Origin: an uncultured Candidatus Saccharibacteria bacterium
GTDB taxonomy: Bacteria > Patescibacteriota > Minisyncoccia > Phycocordibacterales > UBA9973
Direction: 5' to 3'
DNA length: 64,000 bases
Assembly (NCBI GenBank): GCA_964599225.1
Contig: CAZRDO010000003.1
Location: 8,066-72,065 of the forward strand
The notes below the pieces were generated by a model that searched no databases, was not told the origin of the DNA, and saw only the letters and a list, made by a program, of their open reading frames with translations. The position numbers and the translations under genes were made by a program. How positions within the stretch are numbered: position 1 is the stretch's first letter; every line of letters starts with the position of its first letter. Shown here piece after piece: positions 1 through 8,856 of the stretch.

Positions 1-1
1 A

Positions 2-1204
2 AACTTAACACTAACTGAAATATATGGACAAAAACTTTCTTCTTCATATGGTCGCGCAGATGAGCGAAACACAGACGAGTTCACCATGCTTACTGACGGT
101 AGTCCTTTCGGAGTAGAGGGAACAGGAGCGGTTGTACTGAAGCCGTATAGTATTACAAAAATTGAAGGATTGAATGAAGAAGAAGTGGCCATAGAAGACA
201 AAGTTCCTCCTACGCAACCAGTAAATATTGAGGTGGTTGAGCAGTCTCCCACAAGTGTTACTCTTGCCTGGGATCCAGCCGCAGATAATAGCGGAGAAGT
301 AGAGAGCTATACTGTCTATGAAGTAACAGGAGAAGATGGAGATTCTACGCCGACATGTAATTTGAACTCAAATGGCAATGTTCGATATTGCAATGAAATT
401 TTTAATCAATCAGAAATTGTAGAAACAAATGGGATTACATTTTCGACTACCTATAATCTGAAATTTGATATGTATACACCACCACTATCTGATACGGCGA
501 CAGATCGTCCGGTACTCATTCATTTCCATGGTGGTGGAGGAAGTTCAGAAGGTAGTGCAAGTGTTTGTAACCAGTACGCAAGACTTGGATATGTGTGTAT
601 TGCAGGTGACTACCGAGGTGGGGGCACGAGCCAAGGTTTCACCATAGGAGAACAAGCTGATAGTGCTTCAGATGCACACTCACTTATCCGTTATCTTCGA
701 ATCCATGCAACCGAATATAGAATTGATCCTAATAAGATAATGCTCGGTGGAGTATCGGCAGGAGGCATTACCGCAATGCTCGCAGCAACTGCTGGCAATG
801 ACACAACCAATACGGACTGGTTTAAGCTTGGATCAAAAAATACCGATAACAGTATGTATAGTAATGGAGCAGTAGTGCCCTCATGGAGCTGTATGGCGAC
901 AAGTAATTCAGGTCCACTTCTTCCTCCAGCTTACGAACTTATTGATTCAAATGATCCTCCAGCAATCTCGTTTTTGGGAGGGCAGGATTTGGATCACGGA
1001 TGGAGTTGTGCAGATGGAGAAAATGCGAAAAATATAATGACTGGTCTAGGTATCCCAAGTTACTTCCAATGTTTCCCAAATTCTGACCATAGTCTAGGAG
1101 AAGATGCTGCAATCGATGCGCTAGTGATACCTACTGCGTACAAAGAACTTGTTATTGAGAGTTGTCCACAAAGTTACAGTAATATTTCACGCATCAATAA
1201 TTAG
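2..1204 (+). CDS. Fibronectin type III domain-containing alpha/beta hydrolase (esterase/lipase-like), probably 5'-partial
   Basis: The frame is open from the window edge, with no stop between position 2 and the first ATG at 86, and the ATG-86 product has no signal peptide or TM, so the true N-terminus is probably upstream. An Fn3-like segment (TLAWDPAADNSGEVESYTVYEVTGE) precedes HFHGGGG (oxyanion-hole-like) and GVSAGG (GxSxG nucleophile elbow). Confidence 0.6.
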   Translation, partial: NLTLTEIYGQKLSSSYGRADERNTDEFTMLTDGSPFGVEGTGAVVLKPYSITKIEGLNEEEVAIEDKVPPTQPVNIEVVEQSPTSVTLAWDPAADNSGEVESYTVYEVTGEDGDSTPTCNLNSNGNVRYCNEIFNQSEIVETNGITFSTTYNLKFDMYTPPLSDTATDRPVLIHFHGGGGSSEGSASVCNQYARLGYVCIAGDYRGGGTSQGFTIGEQADSASDAHSLIRYLRIHATEYRIDPNKIMLGGVSAGGITAMLAATAGNDTTNTDWFKLGSKNTDNSMYSNGAVVPSWSCMATSNSGPLLPPAYELIDSNDPPAISFLGGQDLDHGWSCADGENAKNIMTGLGIPSYFQCFPNSDHSLGEDAAIDALVIPTAYKELVIESCPQSYSNISRINN

Positions 1205-1207
1205 TAT

Positions 1208-3049
1208 ATGGACTCACTCCGAAACCCCCAATATGATGGTGTGAAAATTCTCGCACTTGTGGCAGTAATTATTTTTTGCGCGGTGTTTGTTTACAATCAT
1301 ATTGCTCGCCGAAGTCAGGTTAATCAAGCTCTAGTCGGTGACATCACTCCTCCGACAGCCCCTTCCAATCTTTCGCTTGTGTCTAAAGATCCTTCAAGTG
1401 CAACGCTCTCATGGGATGCTTCTACCGATGATGATGTAATAGAAAATTATACGGTCTATGAAATTACTGGAGAAACAGAAAATCCAGACCCGGGAGGAGC
1501 AATAATTAATATTTCGACATCTTCAAGTACCCCAGTTGCTAAAGACCTCTTTGGAGTTGCGGTCAATGATTATGGAGAAAACTACACTGATTACAGCACA
1601 AATCCAGTTTGGAATACCATGATTGGTGAAGTTGGTTTTACAAGTGGTGCTTATACAGCTGGAGCAGAAGATCGTTGGATACATCCATACTCTGCAAAGG
1701 GAGGATATAATAATTCTAGTCTCGATCCTATAGGTACTAATTTGCCGTTGACCGTCTTGCCAAAGGTAGTGGGGATGGGAGCAAATATAGATGAAATATA
1801 TCACTACACAGGATCACAAGAGGGTGCGTATAAATTACAAACAAGCAATAATGAGACCAATGTAGATTTCTGGGATGTTACCGCTGACTATATTAAAAGT
1901 CATAACCAGAAAATGGTGTTTTCTGCAAATATCGTACATGGCACTACAGATGAAATGGCAACATTTATTAATTCGATTAGTGCACATGGAATTGGAAGTT
2001 ACAAACTCCGCTATGGTTTAGAGCTCTCAAGTGGTATCGGTGGCAATCTGACTTCAGGAGAATATATCGCCGCAGCTAGTGAATATGATTCGTATCTGAC
2101 GAGCCACTATTCATCATTACCACCTCGAGTAGTCAGTATGGCTGATCATACGACATGTAAGAATCAGACACAGACAGAGTGTTGGGATAATGATGATGTG
2201 TACCAGTGGGCGGTTTCGCGTGGCATTGAAGAATTTAGTCAGTATATGTGGCTTGATGCATTTCCTTCACTCTCAACGACTGCACCCAAAAATATTGATG
2301 ACTATTTTGCACAATCAAATCAACTCCTTCGAGCAGATCTTGATAGTGTGCTCGGTCGCCTTGCGTCGTATCAACATGATATGCCAAATCTTAAATTCCA
2401 TCTCGCTCAGTACGGTATGAATTTACAGCGAAGTGGATATGGTACGCAGACCATGCTTCATGGGATCATGACTTGGAATTTTCTATTTGAAATTCTTAAA
2501 TTTAATAGTACTCACAATAATTACGTAAGTTCAGCAATTTTCCTGGAGAATGAAAGTGCAGTAAATCCGTATGGAGCAGGGGATAGCTCTTTTGTCATTG
2601 ATTCAAGTTATGTCGATGGTGGAAAATCTTTCGTCAAACGTGTTCCAGGTGTTGCGTATGAAATGCTCAAGCCAATCTTCACTTCTCCAAATCCGCTTTT
2701 TGTAGACACGGATATTACAAGTGGAGAGGACGGCTTTGGTGCTATATCAGTAAAAACTGATAAGACCCGTTTGTATGTGTACAATAATGGTCCAGAGCGA
2801 ATGATTTCAGGTATTATGCTCAACGGTGCACCGGTGACGGGCTCACACTATAGGAATGCACTTTGGAGTGAAAAACTTTATGGTTCGATTGGTACTTCTC
2901 CAGCGCACTCTCACTTCAAAGGTGATAATTATATTGAGTCCAATCCTAATTACCAAGCAGTTTCTGCGCAGGCCGAAAAAGGAAATATTGACCTTGGGGA
3001 CGCTATTATGATACGTCCGAATAGTATTACCGTAATTGATCTGGAATAA
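1208..3049 (+). CDS. Membrane-anchored Fn3-domain surface protein, catalytic domain family unknown
   Basis: A short cytoplasmic tail (MDSLRNPQYDGVK) and one TM helix are followed by an Fn3-like segment paralogous to the upstream gene (IENYTVYEITGE). The remaining ~500 aa have no motif I can assign. Confidence 0.5.
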   Translation: MDSLRNPQYDGVKILALVAVIIFCAVFVYNHIARRSQVNQALVGDITPPTAPSNLSLVSKDPSSATLSWDASTDDDVIENYTVYEITGETENPDPGGAIINISTSSSTPVAKDLFGVAVNDYGENYTDYSTNPVWNTMIGEVGFTSGAYTAGAEDRWIHPYSAKGGYNNSSLDPIGTNLPLTVLPKVVGMGANIDEIYHYTGSQEGAYKLQTSNNETNVDFWDVTADYIKSHNQKMVFSANIVHGTTDEMATFINSISAHGIGSYKLRYGLELSSGIGGNLTSGEYIAAASEYDSYLTSHYSSLPPRVVSMADHTTCKNQTQTECWDNDDVYQWAVSRGIEEFSQYMWLDAFPSLSTTAPKNIDDYFAQSNQLLRADLDSVLGRLASYQHDMPNLKFHLAQYGMNLQRSGYGTQTMLHGIMTWNFLFEILKFNSTHNNYVSSAIFLENESAVNPYGAGDSSFVIDSSYVDGGKSFVKRVPGVAYEMLKPIFTSPNPLFVDTDITSGEDGFGAISVKTDKTRLYVYNNGPERMISGIMLNGAPVTGSHYRNALWSEKLYGSIGTSPAHSHFKGDNYIESNPNYQAVSAQAEKGNIDLGDAIMIRPNSITVIDLE

Positions 3050-3150
3050 ATATGTACCGATCTAATTTATTAGTAATAAAAATATGTATTATCCCTAGGC
3101 TCGGCAGAAGTCAGAGACGTGATATACTAACAACCATAACGTAACCACCT

Positions 3151-4986
3151 ATGAATTTTCTTCGCGATCCACAATATAATGCAATTAAAGTTATCCTCAT
3201 TCTCTTAGTGATTGTTGGTGCCGCTTATTTCATTATTTCCAATATTAACAGCAGCTTTAGTGGTGTTGCCAGAGTAGCTGATTCAGATTCAGGAAATAGC
3301 AGAGAATCTGCTTCGGGTGGAACAAGAACTCCGAACGCAGGCGGTGGATCATCAAGTGGACGACCAAGGTCTGGGAGTGGAACTACGAGTAGTGGTCCAA
3401 AACAGAGCACCGTTTCAACTATAATTGAGAACATTTTCAATGGATCAGATAGTATACAGAGCACAAATCCCACCAGCCTCGGTACAACGTTACCAACTAC
3501 ACCAGATGAAAAAGTGACCAATATAGTCGGGACTACCACCACTAATTTTATAACTATTCCTAATCTTACGCCTGGCACACATACATTCTCAGTTGTAGCA
3601 ACTGATGGTAATGGTAATTCATCGGCAGAGAGTAGCCCTATCACAGTTGTGATAGATGGTACGAGTACTGGTGATAATACCGCTCCGACCCTCACTTCAA
3701 TTGTGACCGGAGTCTCTCAAACATCCGCAACAATTACTTGGGAAACAAATGAAGTTGCCTCGTCAATAGTTGAATATGGCCAAACGACCAGCTATGGTAA
3801 TTCTACGACTGAAATTGATACTGCTCCATTTGTAACCAATCACTCTGTTACTCTCACAGGACTTTCAGCAGAAATGCTGTATCATTTCCGTGTGAAGTCA
3901 TATGATGTCGCACACAATCTTGGAACTTCTTCTGATTATACTTTTACAACACAATCACTTCCGACCCCGCCAACAACCCCGGTGATTATATCTTCAAATC
4001 CTAGCTCGGGATCGAACAATAATACTCCAAAAATTTTAGGTAGCGCACCAGCCGGTACGACCGTCAAACTCTATACCGCATCTTCGTGTAGTAGTGGATC
4101 ACTGGCTGTTTCAGGAAGCGCATCAACATTTACAAATTCTGGATTGGTAGTCACTGTAGCAGATAATACTGCAACTACATTCTATGCAACTGCAACTGAT
4201 GCCCAAGCAAATGTATCAGCGTGTTCATCTGGATATACCTATAGTGAAAAGACACCGCCTACTCCAGATACTACAGACCCAGTTATTTCAAATATCAATA
4301 TTGCTGTAACCGATTCATCCGCCGGTATTAGTTGGATAACTGATGAAGCAGCGTCTTCTCGAGTCGATTACGGTCTTACAAGTGGATATGGATCTACAAG
4401 CGGGACCATTAATACCAATCCACGAGTTACGAGTCACTCCATCACGCTCTCTGGACTTACCTCAGCAACTACCTACCATATGAGTGTTACTTCTACAGAT
4501 GGAAGTAATAATACTGCGACATCAGGAGATCTTACATTTACAACAGGCACACTAACGACCTATCAATGCGCTGACGGATTTGATAATGATGGGGATAGCC
4601 TTACTGACCTCAATGATCCAGGCTGTAGTAGTTCAAGTGATGATAGTGAATTTAATGAAGTTACTTCAGGTCCAGTACAAATTAGTAATGGAGGATCTAG
4701 TAGTTCAAACAACAATCAAAATACACAACATTGTTCAGTGTATGGCTCGCCACTTACGCTCATTAAATACTGGTCAAAAGGGACAGACGCAATGGGAGTA
4801 CAAAAGGCAATCAATCAAATGCAGGCCGCAAATCCACCACTTGTTACTGATGGTATTATTGGACCAAAATCACTTCTAGGTATTAAAACGGTACAATCAA
4901 TTCTTGGAACAAAAACCGATGGTCTCTGGGGTCAGATTACCCAAGGTCTCTATGCAACATGGGCACAGCAGGTCTGTCAGGACTAG
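3151..4986 (+). CDS. Membrane-anchored surface protein with Ser/Gly-rich linker, tandem Fn3-like domains and C-terminal peptidoglycan-binding-like domain
   Basis: The N-terminus (MNFLRDPQYNAIK plus TM) matches the upstream gene. Two Fn3/purple-acid-phosphatase-N-like repeats are present (ITWETNEVASSIVEYGQTTSYG; ISWITDEAASSRVDYGLTSGYG). A CADGFDNDGDSLTDLNDPGC motif and a C-terminal PG_binding_1-like segment (LIKYWSKGTDAMGVQKAINQ...DGIIGPKS) follow. Confidence 0.55.
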   Translation: MNFLRDPQYNAIKVILILLVIVGAAYFIISNINSSFSGVARVADSDSGNSRESASGGTRTPNAGGGSSSGRPRSGSGTTSSGPKQSTVSTIIENIFNGSDSIQSTNPTSLGTTLPTTPDEKVTNIVGTTTTNFITIPNLTPGTHTFSVVATDGNGNSSAESSPITVVIDGTSTGDNTAPTLTSIVTGVSQTSATITWETNEVASSIVEYGQTTSYGNSTTEIDTAPFVTNHSVTLTGLSAEMLYHFRVKSYDVAHNLGTSSDYTFTTQSLPTPPTTPVIISSNPSSGSNNNTPKILGSAPAGTTVKLYTASSCSSGSLAVSGSASTFTNSGLVVTVADNTATTFYATATDAQANVSACSSGYTYSEKTPPTPDTTDPVISNINIAVTDSSAGISWITDEAASSRVDYGLTSGYGSTSGTINTNPRVTSHSITLSGLTSATTYHMSVTSTDGSNNTATSGDLTFTTGTLTTYQCADGFDNDGDSLTDLNDPGCSSSSDDSEFNEVTSGPVQISNGGSSSSNNNQNTQHCSVYGSPLTLIKYWSKGTDAMGVQKAINQMQAANPPLVTDGIIGPKSLLGIKTVQSILGTKTDGLWGQITQGLYATWAQQVCQD

Positions 4987-5078
4987 TATAGGTTATGGGT
5001 AAGAGACGGTGTAATTCCTACAATTATTTCTCTGAACTCACCCTATTATTCCTCTAGTGGAAACTCACAATATATACT

Positions 5079-5708
5079 ATGCAGGTAAATGAAACGAAGA
5101 TACTTGAGCATATTGCCTTTATTTTTGTTCTACCCATCGCACTACTTTATTTCAATATCATAAATAAAGATTTCAGGGTATTAGTGCTTGCGGTTGCTTG
5201 CTTGCTTATTTATGGAATCATAAAAAAAGACCATTGGAGTAAGAAAGATATGGCAATGGTTGTCGGTGATCGTAAATCCCACCTCGTACCGTATGCATTT
5301 TTTATGCTCGTCGGGACATTTGTTATACTTTTGCTTGCCCGTCTTTTTGGGCTAGAGCCTGAAACCTCTTGGTGGAGTTCCAGAGAATTTTGGGCAAACC
5401 CACACTTCCTTTTTCTTTTTGTAGTCGTTTCATTCTTACAAGAATTTGCTTACAGAGTTTTTCTCATTCGAGAACTTGAGGGAATCTTTTCAAAAACATC
5501 CACAGTCATAGTTATCAATGCCATTCTGTTTATTTTTCTCCACGCAATCTATCCACTCACGTGGCCGAGCGTTATTTTAGTGACCATCTCATCCGTGGCT
5601 TTTCCGCTCATGTATATAAAGTACCGAGACTTCTGGCTCATCGGGCTTGCGCACTCACTCTTCAACTTTATCGCAGTACTCCATGGGTTTTTAGTGATTT
5701 CAAGCTAA
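5079..5708 (+). CDS. CPBP family intramembrane metalloprotease (CAAX protease / Abi family)
   Basis: A polytopic membrane protein carrying the three CPBP motifs: LQEFAYR (EExxxR-like), FIFLH (FxxxH) and HSLFN (HxxxN). Confidence 0.7.
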   Translation: MQVNETKILEHIAFIFVLPIALLYFNIINKDFRVLVLAVACLLIYGIIKKDHWSKKDMAMVVGDRKSHLVPYAFFMLVGTFVILLLARLFGLEPETSWWSSREFWANPHFLFLFVVVSFLQEFAYRVFLIRELEGIFSKTSTVIVINAILFIFLHAIYPLTWPSVILVTISSVAFPLMYIKYRDFWLIGLAHSLFNFIAVLHGFLVISS

Positions 5709-5754
5709 AGAGGGATATATTGCATATATATCTATATTGTGGTATAATCACAAT

Positions 5755-6168
5755 ATGAAAAGGATTATAAAATTCTTATTTCTTTCAGGTTTAGTTATCT
5801 TCCTGACCCAAACTGCACTCGCGTGTGAGTGTAATTGTGGTGGATATTATTACGACTCCACATACTGCTATAACTCCGATTATGTGTATAGCTCAAATTA
5901 CAGGTATATCTCAGATTATTTTAGTACTGATGAGTACATGTATGACAATGACTACACATTTACTAGTCCCTACACATATGAGAGCGAATATCAGCAAGAC
6001 TCATTCTATAATTATACACAAGGGTATGATGATGATTCTCATTACCGCTATCAAACTCAGTATGAACTCAATGATAACTATCGCTATCAAACCGCATATG
6101 AATATGATGATGGATATTCCTATACTTCAGATTATGTATACACATCTGACTATACTCGAGCAAACTAA
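5755..6168 (+). CDS. Secreted tyrosine/aspartate-rich repetitive protein with N-terminal CxCxC cap
   Basis: ATG at 5755; the ORF-track start at 5737 is a TTG. There is a Sec signal peptide (MKRIIKFLFLSGLVIFLTQTALA). The mature region starts CECNCGG and has ~27% Tyr in alternating YxY / SDY / YRYQT repeats. An extended -10 (TGgTATAAT) sits 8 nt upstream of the ATG. Confidence 0.6.
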   Translation: MKRIIKFLFLSGLVIFLTQTALACECNCGGYYYDSTYCYNSDYVYSSNYRYISDYFSTDEYMYDNDYTFTSPYTYESEYQQDSFYNYTQGYDDDSHYRYQTQYELNDNYRYQTAYEYDDGYSYTSDYVYTSDYTRAN

Positions 6169-6240
6169 ACATAACAGACTCCTACATATAGTAGGAGTCT
6201 GTTATACTAGTGCAACTTATTAAATTAATTTATCTATCAT

Positions 6241-6738
6241 ATGTATACACGAGAAGAAATCTGGAGTTCATTTGTTAACGAATTTCGCATCATAAAGCAT
6301 CTTGCCGAGAAAATTCCCGCTGGCAAAGAACATCATAAACCAACTGAAAAACAACGTACCACACTGGAATTACTTCAATACATAAGTCGAATGGGTAAGG
6401 GTATACTGCGTGCGATTTTGGAATCAAATGCCGAAGGCTTTACTCGTTATACTGAAGCATCGCAAGGAGTAACAGTTGAAAATTTCCAAATTGCAATTGA
6501 TGAACAAGTGAGAGAAATGAAGGAACTTTTTGATTTACTTACTGATGAGGAGCTAGCCAAAGAGCTCACGCTCTGGGGTATGACAGAGAAGAAATCCATG
6601 TTCGTACTCAACGCATTAAAAATGGTTACAGCTTACAAGATGCAACTTTTCCTCTATATCAAAGCCTCTGGTAATGAAAGTATTGGCACTTCAAACCTCT
6701 GGGCCGGTATGGATATGCCTTCTCCAAAGGATTCCTAG
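6241..6738 (+). CDS. Hypothetical protein (helical; possibly DinB-like)
   Basis: Clean 165-aa ORF in the operon gap between the Tyr-rich gene and the ABC exporter. No diagnostic motif was recognised. Confidence 0.4.
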   Translation: MYTREEIWSSFVNEFRIIKHLAEKIPAGKEHHKPTEKQRTTLELLQYISRMGKGILRAILESNAEGFTRYTEASQGVTVENFQIAIDEQVREMKELFDLLTDEELAKELTLWGMTEKKSMFVLNALKMVTAYKMQLFLYIKASGNESIGTSNLWAGMDMPSPKDS

Positions 6739-6741
6739 TGT

Positions 6742-8484
6742 ATGAAGTTACTCCTTAGCTATCTCAAGCAATATTGGAAGCTTTGTCTCCTCGTGTTGGT
6801 ACTCGCTGCCATCAATCAGGTATTTTCATTCCTAGATCCTCTTATTTTCCGTCACATTATTGATGATTATGCGACTAAATTTAACCTCTTCTCTCAAGCT
6901 GAGTTTTTTCGTGGTGTTTCATTCCTCCTACTGCTCGCAGTAGGTGCAGCGTTTGTCTCACGTGTTGCCAAAAACTTTCAGGACTATTACCTCAATACGG
7001 TCACTCAAAAACTCGGTGCGGAAATATATAACGATGGTGTTGAGCATTCGCTCGCACTCCCGTATGAAGTCTTCGAAGATCAGCGAAGTGGTGAAACCCT
7101 CGGTACACTCCAAAAAGTCCGTACTTCAAGTGAAACATTCATGGTTGCTTTTATTAATATTCTCTTCGTTTCGTTTGTTGGGTTTATTTTTATCACTGTG
7201 TATTCAGCCCTCATATACTGGGTCGTTGCAGTGGTGTATGCATCGGTCGTCCCACTTATCGGCACATTAAGCTATGTCTTAACAAAGCGCGTAAAGAAGA
7301 TTCAAAAGATTATCCTCGCTGAGACAACGGCACTCGCTGGTGCCACGACAGAATCGCTTCGCAACATTGAGCTCGTCAAAAGCTTAGGATTAGTCGGGCA
7401 GGAGATAGGGCGACTCAATTCCACGACAGAGAAAATCCTTAAATTAGAACTCAAAAAATTGCGCTACATTAGGAGTATTAGTTTTATTCAGGGCACCTTC
7501 ATCAACTTACTGCGTACCTTGATTTTGGCGTTTCTGCTTTATTTAGTGTTTACTCGTATTATTACATTTGGTCAATTTTTCTCGCTCTATATTTATTCAT
7601 TCTTTGTCTTCGGTCCACTTCAGGAACTTGGTGCACTTATTACCAGTTATCGTGAAGCTGAAGCTTCACTCAAGCGTTTTGACGAAATCATCAATACACC
7701 AGCCGAGGTACTCCCACCTAATGCAAAATTAATTGATAGTATTGATACTTTGGAATTTCAGAATGTATCGTTCCAGTATAAAAGTGCCTCGACTCTAGCA
7801 TTAGAGGGTGTTTCATTTACTGCCAAGAGAGGCGAAACGATTGCTTTCGTCGGACCGTCAGGCTCTGGTAAAACAAGTTTGGTAAAGCTTTTAGTCGGAC
7901 TCTATACTCCAAAAGAAGGCAAAGTACAATACAACAGTATTCCACTAACTGATATCGATATGAACGTCTTGCGCTCACAATTTGGTTTTGTCACGCAAGA
8001 TACCCAACTTTTTGCCGGCTCTATTAAAGAAAATCTCAAATTCGTAAATGGAAATGCAACCGATGAAGAGATTCTTAATGCACTCCAAAAAAGTGCCGCG
8101 ACTTCACTACTTGCGCGCGCTGACCAAGGGATTGATACGCTTATTGGCGAAGGTGGCGTCAAAGTTTCTGGAGGCGAGAAACAACGGCTTTCAATTGCGC
8201 GTGCGCTCTTGCGTAAGCCGACCGTATTAATTTTTGATGAGGCGACGTCTGCTCTTGATTCAATTACAGAAGAAGATATTACAAACACTATTAGGGACGT
8301 TTCGACTGGAGGAGCGAGGATCACTGTGCTCATTGCACACAGGCTTTCTACCATTATGCATGCTGACCGAATTTATGTGCTTGAGAAAGGTAGGATTATC
8401 GAGGAAGGTACTCATGATTCGCTTGTGGCAAAAAACGGCCTCTACCACGCTATGTGGCGCCAACAAATAGGGGAGAGAAACTAG
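6742..8484 (+). CDS. ABC transporter ATP-binding/permease fusion protein (type I exporter, MsbA/peptide-exporter-like)
   Basis: An N-terminal 6-TM domain is followed by Walker A (GPSGSGKTS), the ABC signature (LSGGEKQRLSIARAL) and Walker B (LIFDEATSALD). Confidence 0.9.
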   Translation: MKLLLSYLKQYWKLCLLVLVLAAINQVFSFLDPLIFRHIIDDYATKFNLFSQAEFFRGVSFLLLLAVGAAFVSRVAKNFQDYYLNTVTQKLGAEIYNDGVEHSLALPYEVFEDQRSGETLGTLQKVRTSSETFMVAFINILFVSFVGFIFITVYSALIYWVVAVVYASVVPLIGTLSYVLTKRVKKIQKIILAETTALAGATTESLRNIELVKSLGLVGQEIGRLNSTTEKILKLELKKLRYIRSISFIQGTFINLLRTLILAFLLYLVFTRIITFGQFFSLYIYSFFVFGPLQELGALITSYREAEASLKRFDEIINTPAEVLPPNAKLIDSIDTLEFQNVSFQYKSASTLALEGVSFTAKRGETIAFVGPSGSGKTSLVKLLVGLYTPKEGKVQYNSIPLTDIDMNVLRSQFGFVTQDTQLFAGSIKENLKFVNGNATDEEILNALQKSAATSLLARADQGIDTLIGEGGVKVSGGEKQRLSIARALLRKPTVLIFDEATSALDSITEEDITNTIRDVSTGGARITVLIAHRLSTIMHADRIYVLEKGRIIEEGTHDSLVAKNGLYHAMWRQQIGERN

Positions 8485-8488
8485 TACT

Positions 8489-8519
8489 TGACATATATCA
8501 TATAATGTAGTATACTTAC
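8489..8519 (+). promoter_or_regulatory. Sigma70-like promoter (TTGACA-17-TATACT) for the downstream small ORF
   Basis: TTGACA at 8489-8494, a 17-nt spacer, and TATACT at 8512-8517, ~30 nt upstream of the ATG at 8549. Confidence 0.5.
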
Positions 8520-8548
8520 TACAGTTTTTTCACTTAAATCCATAACTC

Positions 8549-8830
8549 ATGAAAGCAATAGTACTTTTAGTACTTGTTTGCGTGTTTGCAAGAGCAGATG
8601 CGCAAACTATTGACAGCTTAAAGGCTCAAATATACCCAAACCCCTGTATCGCAGAGGTTACACTTCCATACAATGCGGAAGTGTATGATCTGGCTGCAAA
8701 AAAAATTAAAGTATTACAGGCATGGGATAACAAGGTAGATGTTTCGAAACTACCACTGGGAATTTATTTCGTTCGCTTCCAAGTGGACGGAAGGGAGTAT
8801 GTGGTGAAATTAGTAAAAAAAGATGAATAA
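8549..8830 (+). CDS. Small secreted protein: signal peptide plus Por/T9SS C-terminal sorting domain-like beta-sandwich
   Basis: Signal peptide MKAIVLLVLVCVFARADA. The remainder (IYPNPCIAEVTLPYNAEVYDLAAKKIKVL...LPLGIYFVRFQVDGREYVVKLVKK) matches the Por_Secre_tail/TIGR04183 consensus. It has its own promoter and terminator. Confidence 0.6.
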   Translation: MKAIVLLVLVCVFARADAQTIDSLKAQIYPNPCIAEVTLPYNAEVYDLAAKKIKVLQAWDNKVDVSKLPLGIYFVRFQVDGREYVVKLVKKDE

Positions 8831-8856
8831 CTAATTTCTAAAACTTTCAAAAAATA

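Noticed and set aside
3225-3695. 156-aa antisense ORF within the Ser/Gly-rich part of gene 3151-4986
   Set aside because: Lies opposite a confidently coding region of biased composition. The same applies to the other short antisense/overlapping track ORFs (e.g. 465-647, 1523-1804, 7902-8354, 14035-14250, 18458-18811, 28330-28731, 41312-41977, 44984-45451, 45736-46305, 48218-48637, 63509-63787).
8549-8830. Reassigning the whole contig to Bacteroidota because of the T9SS-CTD-like ORF
   Set aside because: Gene content elsewhere does not support it: compact surface-protein genes with type-II anchors, absence of rplA after rplK, short RecO, dimeric GlyRS, the DedA/GT2 modules, and AT-rich intergenics with leaderless-type promoters. 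I kept a CPR-like interpretation, flagged as inference.
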